Of a stretch of DNA of 64,000 nt, positions 20,303 to 31,209 are shown one piece after another; position 1 is the stretch's first letter; each line of letters opens with the position of its first letter. The position numbers were made by a program, and so were the translations under genes. The DNA comes from Phormidesmis sp. Lineage in GTDB: Bacteria; Cyanobacteriota; Cyanobacteriia; Leptolyngbyales; Leptolyngbyaceae. The stretch is taken from the NCBI GenBank assembly GCA_965248535.1, contig CBDFJR010000002.1:32001-96000 (forward strand), given 5' to 3'. The notes beneath the pieces were generated by a model. It saw nothing but the letters and a program-made list of their open reading frames with translations. It was not told the DNA's origin and made no database searches.

Positions 20303-21250
20303 ATGGCAACCGAAGCACTAGGCTGGTGGGGCGTTCCGTTGGGAATCATGGCCGGGATGCTGCGCGGCAGCGCCCCCTTCTTATTTGTGAGTTTGGGCGA
20401 GTGCCTGACCGAAAAAAGCGGCAAAGTCAACCTGGGGTTAGAAGGAACGCTGTTGACCGGAGCAATGAGCGCCTACGCCGTTTCTTATCTGACCGAAAAG
20501 AGTGTCGGAGCGGCGATTTCTCCCTGGTTGGGCGTTTTGGTGGCAGGTCTAGCCGGAATGGTTTTAGGCTTTATTCACGCTTGGCTGTCGCAGCAGCCCA
20601 ACGTCAATGATGTCGCCGTGGGCATTGCCATGATTATTTTTGGCAGCGGCATTGCCTTCTTTTTAGGAAAACCGTTTATTCAACCGCCTGCTCCCCAACT
20701 GCCCGCGTTTGAATTGGGTGCCTGGAGCAGCATTCCTCAAATTCAATCGGCTTTAAAAGTGAGTCCGCTGCTGATCATCGGAGTGTTGCTTGCGCCGTTG
20801 ATGACCTGGTTTTTTAAGTCTACGCGCTGGGGTTTGTTTATTAGAGCGGTGGGCGATAGCCCCGATGCAGCGTTAGCGATGGGCATCTCGATCGCTAAAG
20901 TCAGAATGCTGTGCATCATCGCTGGCAGCTTTTTAGCCGGAATTGGCGGGGCTTATTTGTCGCTCTATTATCCCGGTAGCTGGTCAGAGCGCATTTCTAG
21001 CGGTCAGGGTTTAATGGCGGTGGCGCTGGTGATCTTTGCGCGCTGGAATCCGATTAACTGCCTTTGGGCCTCGCTGCTGTTTGGCGGCGCACAAGCGATC
21101 GGGCCATCTTTGCAAGCGATCGGGGTTGAGGGCGGCTACTATCTCTTCAACGCATCGCCTTATATTCTGACGCTGCTGATCATGATTGTGACCTGTTCTC
21201 CTAAAAAGCGGCTCACGGGCGCACCGGGCGCTTTGGGTACGCTGACTTAA
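20303..21250 (+). CDS. ABC transporter permease (nucleoside/BMP-type)
   Basis: LGECLTEKSGKVNLGLEG, RAVGDSPDAA and GQGLMAVALVIFARWNP. Confidence 0.9.
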   Translation: MATEALGWWGVPLGIMAGMLRGSAPFLFVSLGECLTEKSGKVNLGLEGTLLTGAMSAYAVSYLTEKSVGAAISPWLGVLVAGLAGMVLGFIHAWLSQQPNVNDVAVGIAMIIFGSGIAFFLGKPFIQPPAPQLPAFELGAWSSIPQIQSALKVSPLLIIGVLLAPLMTWFFKSTRWGLFIRAVGDSPDAALAMGISIAKVRMLCIIAGSFLAGIGGAYLSLYYPGSWSERISSGQGLMAVALVIFARWNPINCLWASLLFGGAQAIGPSLQAIGVEGGYYLFNASPYILTLLIMIVTCSPKKRLTGAPGALGTLT

Positions 21251-21305
21251 CGCGATTTGAGCCGACCGTTCCCGTGTTCTAACCTTCTAAATTTCAGTAA
21301 AAGTC

Positions 21306-22853
21306 ATGAATTCAGCCATCGAAACGATTCAAACTAAAGAACTCGACCTACCTCCCGAACTCGAAGTTGTGGAGATGACCAAGCAATTTGGTCAACTGAT
21401 CGCCCTCGATCAAGTGTCGTTGACGCTCAAACCCGGCACGTTTCATGCCCTGTTAGGCGAAAACGGAGCCGGAAAAAGCACCCTCGTGAAATGCGTGATG
21501 GGGTTTTATCAGCCCACGTCTGGCGAGGTGCGATTTAATCAGCAGGTGCAGACGATCGCTAGCCCCCGCGATGCCCAAAAACACGGCATTGGCATGGTCT
21601 ATCAGCACTTCACCTCTGTTCCGGCGATGACCGTGGCCGAAAATTTGGTGCTCTGCCGCTATGAAAGTGCCGCGCTGATCGACTGGAAAGCTGAACACGA
21701 AATTCTCAACGCTTTTATGGAGACGGCTCCGTTTAAGCTGCCGCTGAGAGCGATCGTGGCCCAACTCGCCGCCGGAGAAAAGCAAAAATTAGAGATTCTC
21801 AAACAGCTTTATCTCAAGAGCAAAATTCTGATTTTAGACGAGCCAACTTCAGTGCTAACGCCCGGTGAAGCCGATGAAGTGCTGGGCTTGATTCGTCAAG
21901 AAGTCGTCGCGGGTCATCTAAGCGTGCTGTTGATCAGTCATAAATTTCGCGAGGTGACAGCATTTGTAGACGAGATCACTGTCTTGCGAAAGGGCAAATT
22001 TGCGGGGAGCGGCAGCGTTAAAGATCTGACGATCGCCGATATGGCAGAGATGATGATGGGCGAAAAACGCGCTCCCCAAAAAGTCGCGAAGACCGTGCAG
22101 CCCAATCCGGCTTCGGTGCTGCAAATTCAGGACATTCACGCCAATAAAGACAATGGGCTAGCCGCCGTCTTGGGGGTCAATCTGACGGTCAATAGTGGTG
22201 AAATTGTCGGCATTGCAGGCATTTCGGGCAACGGACAGCGCGAATTAGTCGAAGTCTTGGCAGGTCAACGCATCGCCACTGCCGGGCAGGTGTTGGTCAA
22301 TGGCGAAGTCTATCGGGCCAGTCGCCGCGAAATGTATCGGCATCAAGTGTTTGTGTTGCCAGAAGAGCCGCTCAAAAATGCCTGTGTGCCTCACATGAGC
22401 GTAGCGGAGAATTTAGCCCTGCGAACCTTCGATCGGGCACCTCAAGCCAAGGGCTGGATGCTGCTGTTTAAGCCGATTAGAGCGGCTGCCCAGAGTTTGA
22501 TTAAAACCTTCAAGATTAAAACGCCTTCTCCTGAAACGCCGATCAGCAATTTATCGGGCGGAAACGTTCAGCGCACTGTTCTGGCCAGAGAGCTATCGTC
22601 AGATCACATCAAGCTGCTGATTGCTGCCAACCCTTGTTTTGGGCTAGATTTCGCGGCGGTCGATTACATTCACAGCGAAATTTTAGAGGCTCGAAATCGT
22701 GGCGTAGCGGTGCTGCTGGTCAGCGAAGACCTAGACGAGTTGCTGAAATTGTCCGATCGCATTCTCGTGATCAGTGAGGGCAAATTTGCCTATGAGAGCC
22801 TGATCGCTACGGCTGATTTTGCCGCGATCGGGCGCAGCATGGCAGGACATTAG
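21306..22853 (+). CDS. ABC transporter ATP-binding protein with tandem NBDs (CUT2-like)
   Basis: [37 protein letters not shown] and SEDLDEL. Confidence 0.93.
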   Translation: MNSAIETIQTKELDLPPELEVVEMTKQFGQLIALDQVSLTLKPGTFHALLGENGAGKSTLVKCVMGFYQPTSGEVRFNQQVQTIASPRDAQKHGIGMVYQHFTSVPAMTVAENLVLCRYESAALIDWKAEHEILNAFMETAPFKLPLRAIVAQLAAGEKQKLEILKQLYLKSKILILDEPTSVLTPGEADEVLGLIRQEVVAGHLSVLLISHKFREVTAFVDEITVLRKGKFAGSGSVKDLTIADMAEMMMGEKRAPQKVAKTVQPNPASVLQIQDIHANKDNGLAAVLGVNLTVNSGEIVGIAGISGNGQRELVEVLAGQRIATAGQVLVNGEVYRASRREMYRHQVFVLPEEPLKNACVPHMSVAENLALRTFDRAPQAKGWMLLFKPIRAAAQSLIKTFKIKTPSPETPISNLSGGNVQRTVLARELSSDHIKLLIAANPCFGLDFAAVDYIHSEILEARNRGVAVLLVSEDLDELLKLSDRILVISEGKFAYESLIATADFAAIGRSMAGH

Positions 22854-22866
22854 TGTGAAAACTCCT

Positions 22867-23548
22867 ATGGCAACCATTTCTGCACAGCCCTATGACTACG
22901 AATTGCCTGAGACGAGCAACGTGGCGCTGATTGTGATCGATATGCAGCGCGACTTTATGGAGCCAGGCGGATTTGGCGACCTGTTGGGCAACGATGTCAG
23001 CCTTTTGCAAGCGATCGTGCCGACTCTAAAACGGCTGCTAGCGGGCTGTCGATCGCGGCATCTGCCGATTTTTCACACGACGGAGGGGCATCAATCCGAT
23101 TTATCCGATTGTCCCGACTCAAAGCGCAAACGGGGCAAAGGGGAATTGACGATCGGCGATGCCGGGCCGATGGGTCGCATTCTCGTCTTGGGCGAACCAG
23201 GTAACGGCATCATTCCAGAATTGGCTCCACTTCCGGGTGAAATCGTGATTGCCAAACCGGGCAAAGGTGCGTTTTATCACACCAACCTAGAGCCGTTGTT
23301 AAAAGAACGCAACGTCACCCATCTGCTGATCACAGGCGTGACAACTGAAGTCTGTGTGCAAACGACGATGCGAGAAGCCAACGATCGAGGTTATGAATGC
23401 TTGCTCATCGAAGATGCCACCGAAAGTTATTTTCCAGACTTTCAAGCAAGCGACCCTAGAAATGGTGCGGGCCCAAGGCGGCATCATCGGCTGGACTGCC
23501 AGCACCGATCAAGTCCTTCAAGGACTGCAAACCTGGAAATCTCCATAA
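22867..23548 (+). pseudogene. trtA: Isochorismatase-family cysteine hydrolase, triuret hydrolase (TrtA)-like, with one extra T at 23440-23442
   Basis: D-K-C triad in IDMQRDF, KPGKGAF and TTEVCV. Motifs [10 protein letters not shown] and ESYF. Removing one T gives [21 protein letters not shown]. Confidence 0.75.
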
Positions 23549-23570
23549 GCCCATAAAAAATCTACAGTAC

Positions 23571-23597
23571 GGGCATGGCACCGCCGTGCCCAAGGCC
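23571..23597. repeat. REP-like palindromic dispersed repeat, copy 1
   Basis: GGGCATGGCACCGCCGTGCCCAAGGCC, the exact reverse complement of 32172-32198. Lies between convergent genes. Confidence 0.85.
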
Positions 23598-23632
23598 CAT
23601 GCAGCCAACCGATCCGCTTTGATAAACCCATC

Positions 23633-25603
23633 TTAACCAGACACCCGACTCGTCTCAGAGACAGCCGCCTCTATCGTATGAGACTCTTCGGCCCGTTTCA
23701 GCGCTTCGAGCGCCACAATCTCATCTTGATAAACCGGGAGATCAAGCCAAAACGTAGTTCCGACCCCAACCTCGCTCACCAGACAGACGCGACTGCGGTG
23801 ACGCTGCACAATATTACGCACGATCGACAGCCCCAGACCCGTTCCTTCCAGCGTGTGAACCCGATTTTCGACTCTAAAAAATCGCTCAAAGATGGCGTTT
23901 TGATCTTCCTGATCAATGCCAATTCCTGTGTCAGCGATCTCAACACGAACCATTTCAGGCCCATGAAGAGAGGCTCGAATCATCACCTTGCCGCCCGCCT
24001 CGGTAAACTTTAGGGCATTGCCCACCAAATTAGCAAACACCTGCAACAGCAAGTCATAGTGCCCCATCACAGGCGGCAAATCGGTTCCAACTTCTTGCAG
24101 TAGCTCAATGCCTTTGTCTTTGGCGTTGAGTCGATAAGTGCGAAGAATTTGCTCGATCGGTTGCGCCAGATCGACAGCTTCTAAGTGATAAATCTTGCAC
24201 GACTCTAGACGAGACAGATCCAGCACATCATTCACTAGGCGAGTCAAGCGATCGGTTTCTCGATTGGCCGTTTCTAAAAACTCTTGCCGCTCTGTCTCTG
24301 TCAGATCATCGCCATATTCATACAGCGTTTCGATAAACGATTTGATGTTAAACAGCGGTGTTCTCAACTCGTGAGACACATTGCTGATGAACTGGCTTTT
24401 GGCTTCGTTTAGCTCGGCTTCACGGGTGACATCTTGCACCGTCACCGCCACCCCTTTGACATTTTCTTTATAGGAATCTAAAACGGTGTTGAGCAAAATT
24501 CTCAGGGTGCGGTTGACTGGCTCCGTGAGCGTGATCCGAAACTCGACTTCCTCGCGCAGTTCACCTCTGGCTACCTGATAGAGCGGGCGCGTCAACTCAA
24601 CCTGCACAGGCACCGGAAAACAGTAAAGCGCGTTGGTGCCTTCGATGGGTTTGCCCTCCCAGCCAAAGATGCGGCGGGCGGTCGGGTTCACCAACACGAC
24701 TTGCAGATTGGTGTCGAGCAAAACGGCCCCATCGGCGATCGTGGAAACCAAGGTCTCCAGTTTTGCCTTTTCTGCCGTCAGTTCTTCAATGTTTTGTTCT
24801 TCATAGCGCTCTAGTTTTTCTGCCATCTCGTTAAAGCTGGCAATCAACTCGCTCAACTCAACGCCGCCCCCTACGGGCAGATCGACTCGCTGCTGAAAGT
24901 TGCCCTTGGCGATATTTTTAACGCCTACCACCAGTTCTTTAATCGGTTTAGTAATTTGCAGCGCATTGAACACGGCACCCAAAATCACCATCACCCAAAT
25001 CGAGACAAACACCGCCACCGTCACATCTCGCGTCAGGTGAGACGACGCTGCCACCGTCGGATTGGGATTAGTGCCGATCGCCAACACCCCCAAATATTTG
25101 CCTTCATAAACCAGGGGCACAAACACGTCGGTGACTTCACCATCGGGCGTTAAGTGCTGGCGCACCATGGGCAGGTCTGAAGTTTCAGCAAAATTTTCGG
25201 GTAGCTGAATGCGGCGGCGAATCGTCAGCGAGTTTTGCACCTCAGAATCGGAGAAAGGAATTCCAAAAAAGATCTCGCCATTGGCATCGGCATAGAGCAT
25301 ATAGCGCACGCTAGACGTGCTGCCATAAAAGCGATGGGAAAAGCGCGCTAGCTCAGTGCGATCGTCATCTCCGACAAGGTGAGCCACATTGGCCGCCAGC
25401 AGCAGCCCCAAATCGCTGCCAAACCGGGTATCGTTAACGCGAGCATCTTGCTGAATGGTGTTGACTGCCCAAAACGTCAGCCCACTCATAATCAGCGACA
25501 CAACCAAGGTGGCCGCCGCCATCAGCTTAGTCTGAAGCGTAAACTCCGACCACCAGCGCACCAAAACTTCTCGAATCGGGTTGAAGAAGGAAAACAAGAG
25601 CAA
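23633..25603 (-). CDS. nblS: Sensor histidine kinase NblS/Hik33/DspA (TM-HAMP-PAS-HisKA-HATPase)
   Basis: RWWSEFTLQTKLMAAATL, SHELRTPLFNIKSFIETL and RVENRVHTLEGTGLGL. Downstream of purD. Confidence 0.93.
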   Translation of the reverse strand: MLLFSFFNPIREVLVRWWSEFTLQTKLMAAATLVVSLIMSGLTFWAVNTIQQDARVNDTRFGSDLGLLLAANVAHLVGDDDRTELARFSHRFYGSTSSVRYMLYADANGEIFFGIPFSDSEVQNSLTIRRRIQLPENFAETSDLPMVRQHLTPDGEVTDVFVPLVYEGKYLGVLAIGTNPNPTVAASSHLTRDVTVAVFVSIWVMVILGAVFNALQITKPIKELVVGVKNIAKGNFQQRVDLPVGGGVELSELIASFNEMAEKLERYEEQNIEELTAEKAKLETLVSTIADGAVLLDTNLQVVLVNPTARRIFGWEGKPIEGTNALYCFPVPVQVELTRPLYQVARGELREEVEFRITLTEPVNRTLRILLNTVLDSYKENVKGVAVTVQDVTREAELNEAKSQFISNVSHELRTPLFNIKSFIETLYEYGDDLTETERQEFLETANRETDRLTRLVNDVLDLSRLESCKIYHLEAVDLAQPIEQILRTYRLNAKDKGIELLQEVGTDLPPVMGHYDLLLQVFANLVGNALKFTEAGGKVMIRASLHGPEMVRVEIADTGIGIDQEDQNAIFERFFRVENRVHTLEGTGLGLSIVRNIVQRHRSRVCLVSEVGVGTTFWLDLPVYQDEIVALEALKRAEESHTIEAAVSETSRVSG

Positions 25604-25669
25604 GACCAGTGGTGAGGGACTATGGGCTGAAACGGTTCCTTGTGACGACTTCCTGATCCTAACTATAAA

Positions 25670-26962
25670 TCAATTTTGCGGGGCGCTCACTGTTCTGACG
25701 CGGTAGCCAATGTCTCGACGATAGGACATGCCCTCAAAGTGAATCTGCCCGATCGCGGCATAGGCTTGAGCGATCGCTGGCTCTAGGTCTTCACCCACGG
25801 CCGTCACCCCCAGCACTCGCCCGCCATCGCTGACTAACACTTTTTGTTTACGCTGCGTTCCGGCATGAAAGACGATTGCTCCGGTGGTCTCAGCTTGCTC
25901 GATGCCCGTGATGGGTGCCCCTTTTTTAAAGCTGCCCGGATAGCCCTCTGAAGCCACCACTACACAGGCCGCAGCCCCCGGCTTCCATTCCAAGGGTGGA
26001 AACTGCTCTAGCTTCTTTTGAGCACAGGCAAACAGCAGTTTTTCGAGGGGCGTATTCAGCAAAGGCAAAATGGCTTGGGCTTCGGGGTCACCAAAGCGAC
26101 AGTTAAACTCAATCACTTTGGGGTCGCCGTTTGGCGTGATCATCAACCCGGCATAGAGAATGCCGCGATAGTCGATCTTGCGATCGCGCAATGCAGCGAT
26201 CGTGGGTTCTAAAATCTCCGCCTGAATGCGGCTCATCAACGCCGGGGTGACGATCGGAGCCGGGGCATAAGCGCCCATGCCGCCCGTGTTTTCGCCCGTG
26301 TCGCCCTCGCCGATGCGCTTGTGATCTTGAGCAGGCAGCAAAGGGCGAATCGTCAACCCGTCGGTGACAGCCAAAATTGACACTTCTTGCCCAGTCAGAC
26401 ACTCTTCGATCACGATCTGAGACCCAGCCGCGCCAAACTGCCCGTCAAAGCAAAGGTCGATCGCGGTTTCGGCCGCTTCTAGGGTTGGTGCTACGGTTAC
26501 CCCTTTTCCAGCCGCGAGTCCATCGGCTTTGATGACGATCGGGGCCCCTTGCTGGCGCACATAGTTCTTTGCAGCCTCCGCCGTCGTAAACACCTCTGCG
26601 GTTGCCGTCGGCACTCCAGCCTCGTGCATCAGCGCCTTGGCCCAAGCCTTGCTGGACTCAATTTGAGCACCCTCACGGGTCGGCCCAAACACGGCCAGGC
26701 TCTGCTGAGTCAAGAAATCGGTGATCCCCTGAGACAAAGGCACTTCAGATCCCACGACCACCAGAGAAATGTTGTGCACTAGCGAAAACCGAGCGATGCC
26801 CTCGAAATCGTCAGGCGACAGCGCCAAATTGCTACAGCGCTCTAGCATAGCGGTGCCTCCATTTCCTGGAACGCACACCACTTGCTGAACTTGTGGCGAC
26901 TGCAATAACGTCCAAGCCAGGGCATGTTCACGACCCCCATTGCCGACAATCAAAACCCTCAC
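25670..26962 (-). CDS. purD: Phosphoribosylamine-glycine ligase
   Basis: GNGGREHAL, KADGLAAGKGV, QDHKR, NTGGMGAY and EFNCRFGDPE. Confidence 0.97.
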   Translation of the reverse strand: MRVLIVGNGGREHALAWTLLQSPQVQQVVCVPGNGGTAMLERCSNLALSPDDFEGIARFSLVHNISLVVVGSEVPLSQGITDFLTQQSLAVFGPTREGAQIESSKAWAKALMHEAGVPTATAEVFTTAEAAKNYVRQQGAPIVIKADGLAAGKGVTVAPTLEAAETAIDLCFDGQFGAAGSQIVIEECLTGQEVSILAVTDGLTIRPLLPAQDHKRIGEGDTGENTGGMGAYAPAPIVTPALMSRIQAEILEPTIAALRDRKIDYRGILYAGLMITPNGDPKVIEFNCRFGDPEAQAILPLLNTPLEKLLFACAQKKLEQFPPLEWKPGAAACVVVASEGYPGSFKKGAPITGIEQAETTGAIVFHAGTQRKQKVLVSDGGRVLGVTAVGEDLEPAIAQAYAAIGQIHFEGMSYRRDIGYRVRTVSAPQN

Positions 26963-27249
26963 GTTGCCCTCGCTCAGAAATTAGTAGTTAGCATTTGACA
27001 GTGCATTCACCGTTAATTCAAACATCAATCGTTTTTCCTTAATCGGTGTGTCTCATTCGGCAGGCTTAACCGCTTGCCGATAAAATTTTAATGATCTGGC
27101 AAATGGCATCCCATTATGTCATGGGAGGGCGAAGTTTTGGGAAGCTCTCAGGGATTAGAGATTCATTGAGAGCCTGAAACCTTCTAGCCTTGAGTCAGTC
27201 ACCCAAGTATTAGAGAGAGATCGCTAACCTTTATTCCTATCGATAACCG

Positions 27250-28563
27250 TTGCTCATGATGACCGCCAACTTTCTTCGACAGCCCTGGGTCAGCACGATC
27301 GTGCTAGTGTGTTTGGCCGGGTCGCCTCCCGGACAGGCTGCAACGTCACCCCCTTCGCTAGGGCCTCAACCGACTTCTGTCGGGCAGCCCGCGCCTCAAA
27401 AGCCTGCACCTCAAAAGCCTGCACCTCAACCGGATAAGTTTCCGCCTAGCCCCTTAGAGTTGATAGCCCCCGATCCTCTGTTGCCCGGAGGGTTAGAGCG
27501 ACCTTTGAGTGAGTCGGAGCGTCAAAAGCTGGGCATGGCTTTAGATGACCTGAATGCTCAAGCGATCGCTCAGTATCGATCGGGCAATAGTCTCAACGCC
27601 TTCGAGATCTGGAATCGAGAATTGCGCTTGCGTCGAGCTTTGGGGTTATTAAATGAAGTCACCGCTTTGGGCAGGGTGGGAGATAGCGCCTGGAAGCAAA
27701 ACCAGCCCAATCAAGTGATTGTGATCACGAGACGGCTGCAAGCGATTCAAAAGCAGGTGCAGTCGCCAGTCAGCGCCAAGATCAATCTAGCAGAGCGTCC
27801 TCAAATCTTGTCAGCGTTGGGAACGGCTTATCAACTCGTGCGATCGCCGGGCTTGGCCGTCAGCGTCTATGACCAAATGTTGGCCGAAGCCCGGCAGCGC
27901 AAAGATGCGGTCGAAGAAGTCAGCTTGCTGAACACGATCGGGCAACTGCATCTAAGTTGGTTTGACTACCCCCAAGCAACAGCCACTTATCAGCAATTGC
28001 TCACGCTCTCGCAAGGGAAGCGCGATCGAGCCGGAGAAGCCTTCTATCTGACTCAGTTGGCCTATGTCCACGAACAAGCTAAACAGCCAACTCAAGCCGT
28101 GCAATATCAGCAGCAGCTTGCTGATCTCTATCAAAAAACTCCGCAGCCGGAGTTGCTCCCCGCTCTCAAAATCAAAATCGCTGATAACTATGCAGCTAGT
28201 GGTCAGGTCAATTTAGCCGAACAAGCCTATCAAGAAGCCTTTAAACTGGCACAGCCCGTATTTCAACTGGCCTATGCGGGGGATGCTCTGCGAAAATTAG
28301 GGGCGCTGTATCGCTCCAACGATCGCTTAGATGCCGCTTTGCAGGTTTATGACTATCTGGCAGGAGTGCAGCAGCAGGCCTATGACACCTATGGGTTGAT
28401 GGATGTCTATGATCAAATCGGACAGATTCATCTAGCCCGCAAAGCTTATCCTCAAGCGCTGACTGCGTTTAATCAAGGGTTATTGTTGGCCAAGCAACTC
28501 AACTATCGCACTGATTATTTCACCAGCCAGATTCAGCAAGTGGCGAAAAAAACGGGGCGTTAA
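27250..28563 (+). CDS. Exported TPR-repeat protein
   Basis: Signal-peptide-like N-terminus, a Pro-rich (QKPAP)n linker and multiple TPR-like helices. Confidence 0.8.
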   Translation: MLMMTANFLRQPWVSTIVLVCLAGSPPGQAATSPPSLGPQPTSVGQPAPQKPAPQKPAPQPDKFPPSPLELIAPDPLLPGGLERPLSESERQKLGMALDDLNAQAIAQYRSGNSLNAFEIWNRELRLRRALGLLNEVTALGRVGDSAWKQNQPNQVIVITRRLQAIQKQVQSPVSAKINLAERPQILSALGTAYQLVRSPGLAVSVYDQMLAEARQRKDAVEEVSLLNTIGQLHLSWFDYPQATATYQQLLTLSQGKRDRAGEAFYLTQLAYVHEQAKQPTQAVQYQQQLADLYQKTPQPELLPALKIKIADNYAASGQVNLAEQAYQEAFKLAQPVFQLAYAGDALRKLGALYRSNDRLDAALQVYDYLAGVQQQAYDTYGLMDVYDQIGQIHLARKAYPQALTAFNQGLLLAKQLNYRTDYFTSQIQQVAKKTGR

Positions 28564-28579
28564 TCAATGGGGACGATCG

Positions 28580-29071
28580 CTAATCGGCTTGAATCTCTAA
28601 ATTCAGCACATAGGAGCCTAGTTGCAGCTTGTCTGACCAGAGTTCATAGTCTAAATGCAATCGCTCAGGCAGGGTCTTGCCGTCGAGGGTGAGCTGGCGC
28701 GTAAAATTGCGAAGCTGGAGGCGGCTGCCCTGCCCTGACTGACTGCCTTGCAGCCAATAGCGACTGATGCCATAAACGCCGCGCTCCCAGAGATGCCGAT
28801 AACTCAGCTTGCCATCGCCCTGCATGGTCATGGTGATGCGATAGGGTGACATTTCTAACCACAGCAAGCGCGGAGTAGGTAGCCGATCGGGTGGGGTTGA
28901 CCCCTGATCACTCTGTTCTTGGCTGATCGCAACTTTAGGCTCGGTCAACAGCAGATGGAACCGTTCGTGATCTCGCTGATAAATCGTGGCGATCGTCTGC
29001 ACGCCAGACCAAACAGGCAAATCTGTAGAGACGATCGAGAGCGAGACAGGTCTACGATGGTGGGTCAGCAT
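28580..29071 (-). CDS. Conserved cyanobacterial hypothetical protein
   Basis: MLTHHRRPVSLS, RLLWLEMSPYR.TMTMQG and SYRHLWE.G.YG.SRYWL. Divergent from aroA. Confidence 0.75.
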   Translation of the reverse strand: MLTHHRRPVSLSIVSTDLPVWSGVQTIATIYQRDHERFHLLLTEPKVAISQEQSDQGSTPPDRLPTPRLLWLEMSPYRITMTMQGDGKLSYRHLWERGVYGISRYWLQGSQSGQGSRLQLRNFTRQLTLDGKTLPERLHLDYELWSDKLQLGSYVLNLEIQAD

Positions 29072-29120
29072 GGAATGGTAGGATAGCTTACGCATTGCGA
29101 TGTCAGTCTAGCCGATCCCC

Positions 29121-30470
29121 ATGCCAACTCCTCCTTCGATCGCTCTAAACATTATTGACCACCACCAGCATGAATTAGTCATCCAGGGCGGTGAGCAAGC
29201 CCTGCACGGGCGAATTCGGGTGCCGGGAGACAAATCGATTTCTCATCGATCGCTGATGTTAGGTGCTCTGGCTGAGGGCGAAACGGTGATTCATGGGCTG
29301 TTGCTCGGTGAAGATCCGCGCAGCACGGCAGAGTGTTTTCGGGCAATGGGGGCGACGATTTCAGACCTGAATGCAGAGTCCGTGACTGTGAAGGGCATCG
29401 GGTTGGGCAATCTGCGAGAGCCTGAAGACGTGCTCAACACGGGCAACTCTGGGACGACGACGCGCTTAATGTTGGGGATTTTAGCGTCACATCCGGGCAA
29501 GTTTTTTACGGTGACGGGCGATCGCTCGATTCGGTCTCGTCCGATGTCTCGTGTGGTTAAACCGTTGCAGCAGATGGGTGCCCAGATTTGGGGACGCAAC
29601 ACAAATTCCCTCGCGCCTTTAGCGATTCAAGGACAGGCTTTAAAGCCGATTCACTATCAGTCTCCGATCGCCTCTGCCCAAGTCAAATCCTGCATTCTCC
29701 TGGCCGGACTGATGACCGAGGGGCAGACCACCGTGACGGAACCCGCTCTCTCAAGGGATCACAGCGAACGAATGCTGAGGGCGTTTGGGGCAGAGTTGAG
29801 CATCGATCCCGAAGCCCACAGCGTCACGATTACAGGGCAAGCCCGGCTCAAAGGACAAACCGTGATCGTGCCGGGAGACATCAGTTCGGCGGCGTTTTGG
29901 CTGGTGGCTGGGGCGATCGTGCCCGGTTCTGATTTGACGATCGAGAATGTTGGCGTGAATCCGACCCGCACCGGAATCTTGGAAGCTTTGGCCCAAATGG
30001 GCGCAGACATCACCCGCGAAAATCAGCGCCAAGTCGCCGGGGAGCCTGTGGCCGATCTGCGCGTGCGTCACAGTCAACTCAAAGCCTGCACGATCGCCGG
30101 AGAGTTGATTCCTCGCTTAATTGACGAAATTCCGATTTTGGCCGTCGCCGCCACCTTTGCAACCGGAACCACGGTGATTCGAGATGCTGAAGAGTTGCGG
30201 GTTAAAGAGAGCGATCGCATCACCATCACTGCCACTCAACTCAACCTCATGGGAGCCAGCATCACCGAGCTACCTGACGGCATGGAAATTGTCGGCGGCA
30301 AGTCACTCATGGGGGCCGAAGTTGATAGCCACACTGACCACCGCATCGCCATGAGTTTAGCGATCGCGGCCCTCAACGCCACCGGAGTCACGACCATTCA
30401 TCGAGCAGAAGCCGCCGCCATTTCCTATCCTGATTTCATCGCTACACTACAGCAAGTGATTGGCAGATAA
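29121..30470 (+). CDS. aroA: EPSP synthase
   Basis: [44 protein letters not shown] and DHRIAM. Confidence 0.97.
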   Translation: MPTPPSIALNIIDHHQHELVIQGGEQALHGRIRVPGDKSISHRSLMLGALAEGETVIHGLLLGEDPRSTAECFRAMGATISDLNAESVTVKGIGLGNLREPEDVLNTGNSGTTTRLMLGILASHPGKFFTVTGDRSIRSRPMSRVVKPLQQMGAQIWGRNTNSLAPLAIQGQALKPIHYQSPIASAQVKSCILLAGLMTEGQTTVTEPALSRDHSERMLRAFGAELSIDPEAHSVTITGQARLKGQTVIVPGDISSAAFWLVAGAIVPGSDLTIENVGVNPTRTGILEALAQMGADITRENQRQVAGEPVADLRVRHSQLKACTIAGELIPRLIDEIPILAVAATFATGTTVIRDAEELRVKESDRITITATQLNLMGASITELPDGMEIVGGKSLMGAEVDSHTDHRIAMSLAIAALNATGVTTIHRAEAAAISYPDFIATLQQVIGR

Positions 30471-30481
30471 AATCTTGATCG

Positions 30482-30883
30482 CTAACCCATCAAGATTACA
30501 GTGTCGATTACATGAATGACTCCGTTATCTGCTTCGATATCAGGAGCAATCACCGTAGCGTTCTTGACCTCAAAACCATCTGTGAAATTTAGCTGAATGG
30601 GCGACCCTTCGATCGACGTGACAACAGCCAGCTTTTCTAAATCGGCTTTTGTATACTTTCCGGCTACAACGTGAAAGGTCAAAATTCGCGCTAGTTGCGG
30701 AATGTTTTGCACCAGAGTTTGAATCGTGCCGGGAGGCAGTTTAGCAAAGGCATCATCCGTCGGTGCAAACACCGTGAACGGGCCCGGACTCTTGAGCACA
30801 TCTACTAGATTGGCTGCTTTAACAGCAGTCACCAACGTGTTAAATGAGCCTGCGCTAACGGCAATGTCAACGATGTCAGCCAT
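30482..30883 (-). CDS. cupS: CupS-like single fasciclin-domain protein (NDH-1MS CO2-uptake small subunit)
   Basis: 133 aa with no signal peptide. MADIVDIAV...[35 protein letters not shown]...[10 protein letters not shown] matches the CupS pattern. Confidence 0.8.
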   Translation of the reverse strand: MADIVDIAVSAGSFNTLVTAVKAANLVDVLKSPGPFTVFAPTDDAFAKLPPGTIQTLVQNIPQLARILTFHVVAGKYTKADLEKLAVVTSIEGSPIQLNFTDGFEVKNATVIAPDIEADNGVIHVIDTVILMG

Positions 30884-31162
30884 AGTAAATATAAAGTTGA
30901 GAATCTACAAAAGAAATGAGCCTGCGATCACAGTTGAAAAACCGAGAACTCTACTGTCAGAATGGGGATTGATCAGAAAAGCGCTGCACGTCAGAGGCGA
31001 AGGGGCAAGGCTACGATCGCGGCCAGTCAGAAACCCGCAATTGGGCAATGGCTCCAACAAAACTTTGAATCGTGCAGCACTGATTGGAAGGGAGCTTATG
31101 CTCTTATGGATTATCATATCTACAAAATCCATAGTAAAAAGTCATTGTTATCGATAGTCGCA

Positions 31163-31178
31163 ATAGATTTTTTTCTAT
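31163..31178. promoter_or_regulatory. ATAG-N8-CTAT LysR (NdhR/CcmR-type) operator
   Basis: ATAG ATTTTTTT CTAT, 31 nt upstream of the LysR start, in the cupS/LysR divergent region. Confidence 0.7.
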
Positions 31179-31209
31179 AAGCAGATGCCCCCTCTAGGAG
31201 ATCTTCGCC

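Noticed and set aside
23440..23442. Programmed ribosomal frameshifting in trtA or the other split genes
   Set aside because: No slippery heptamer or stimulatory structure is seen, and similar indels occur in unrelated genes.
27057..27126. Two hairpins upstream of purD as a purine-related riboswitch
   Set aside because: No recognisable ZTP, PRPP or purine aptamer consensus, and the main stem pairs better on the strand opposite to purD. An Rfam scan would be needed.
27385..27432. 15-bp tandem repeats here and repeats at about 36830-36930 as possible CRISPR or VNTR arrays
   Set aside because: They encode Pro-rich linkers (QKPAP, SYDPAP) inside CDSs. There are no spacers and no cas genes.
30726..31180. 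ORFs 30726-31157, 30905-31132 and 30962-31180
   Set aside because: They span the cupS/LysR divergent promoter, overlap each other and lack motifs.
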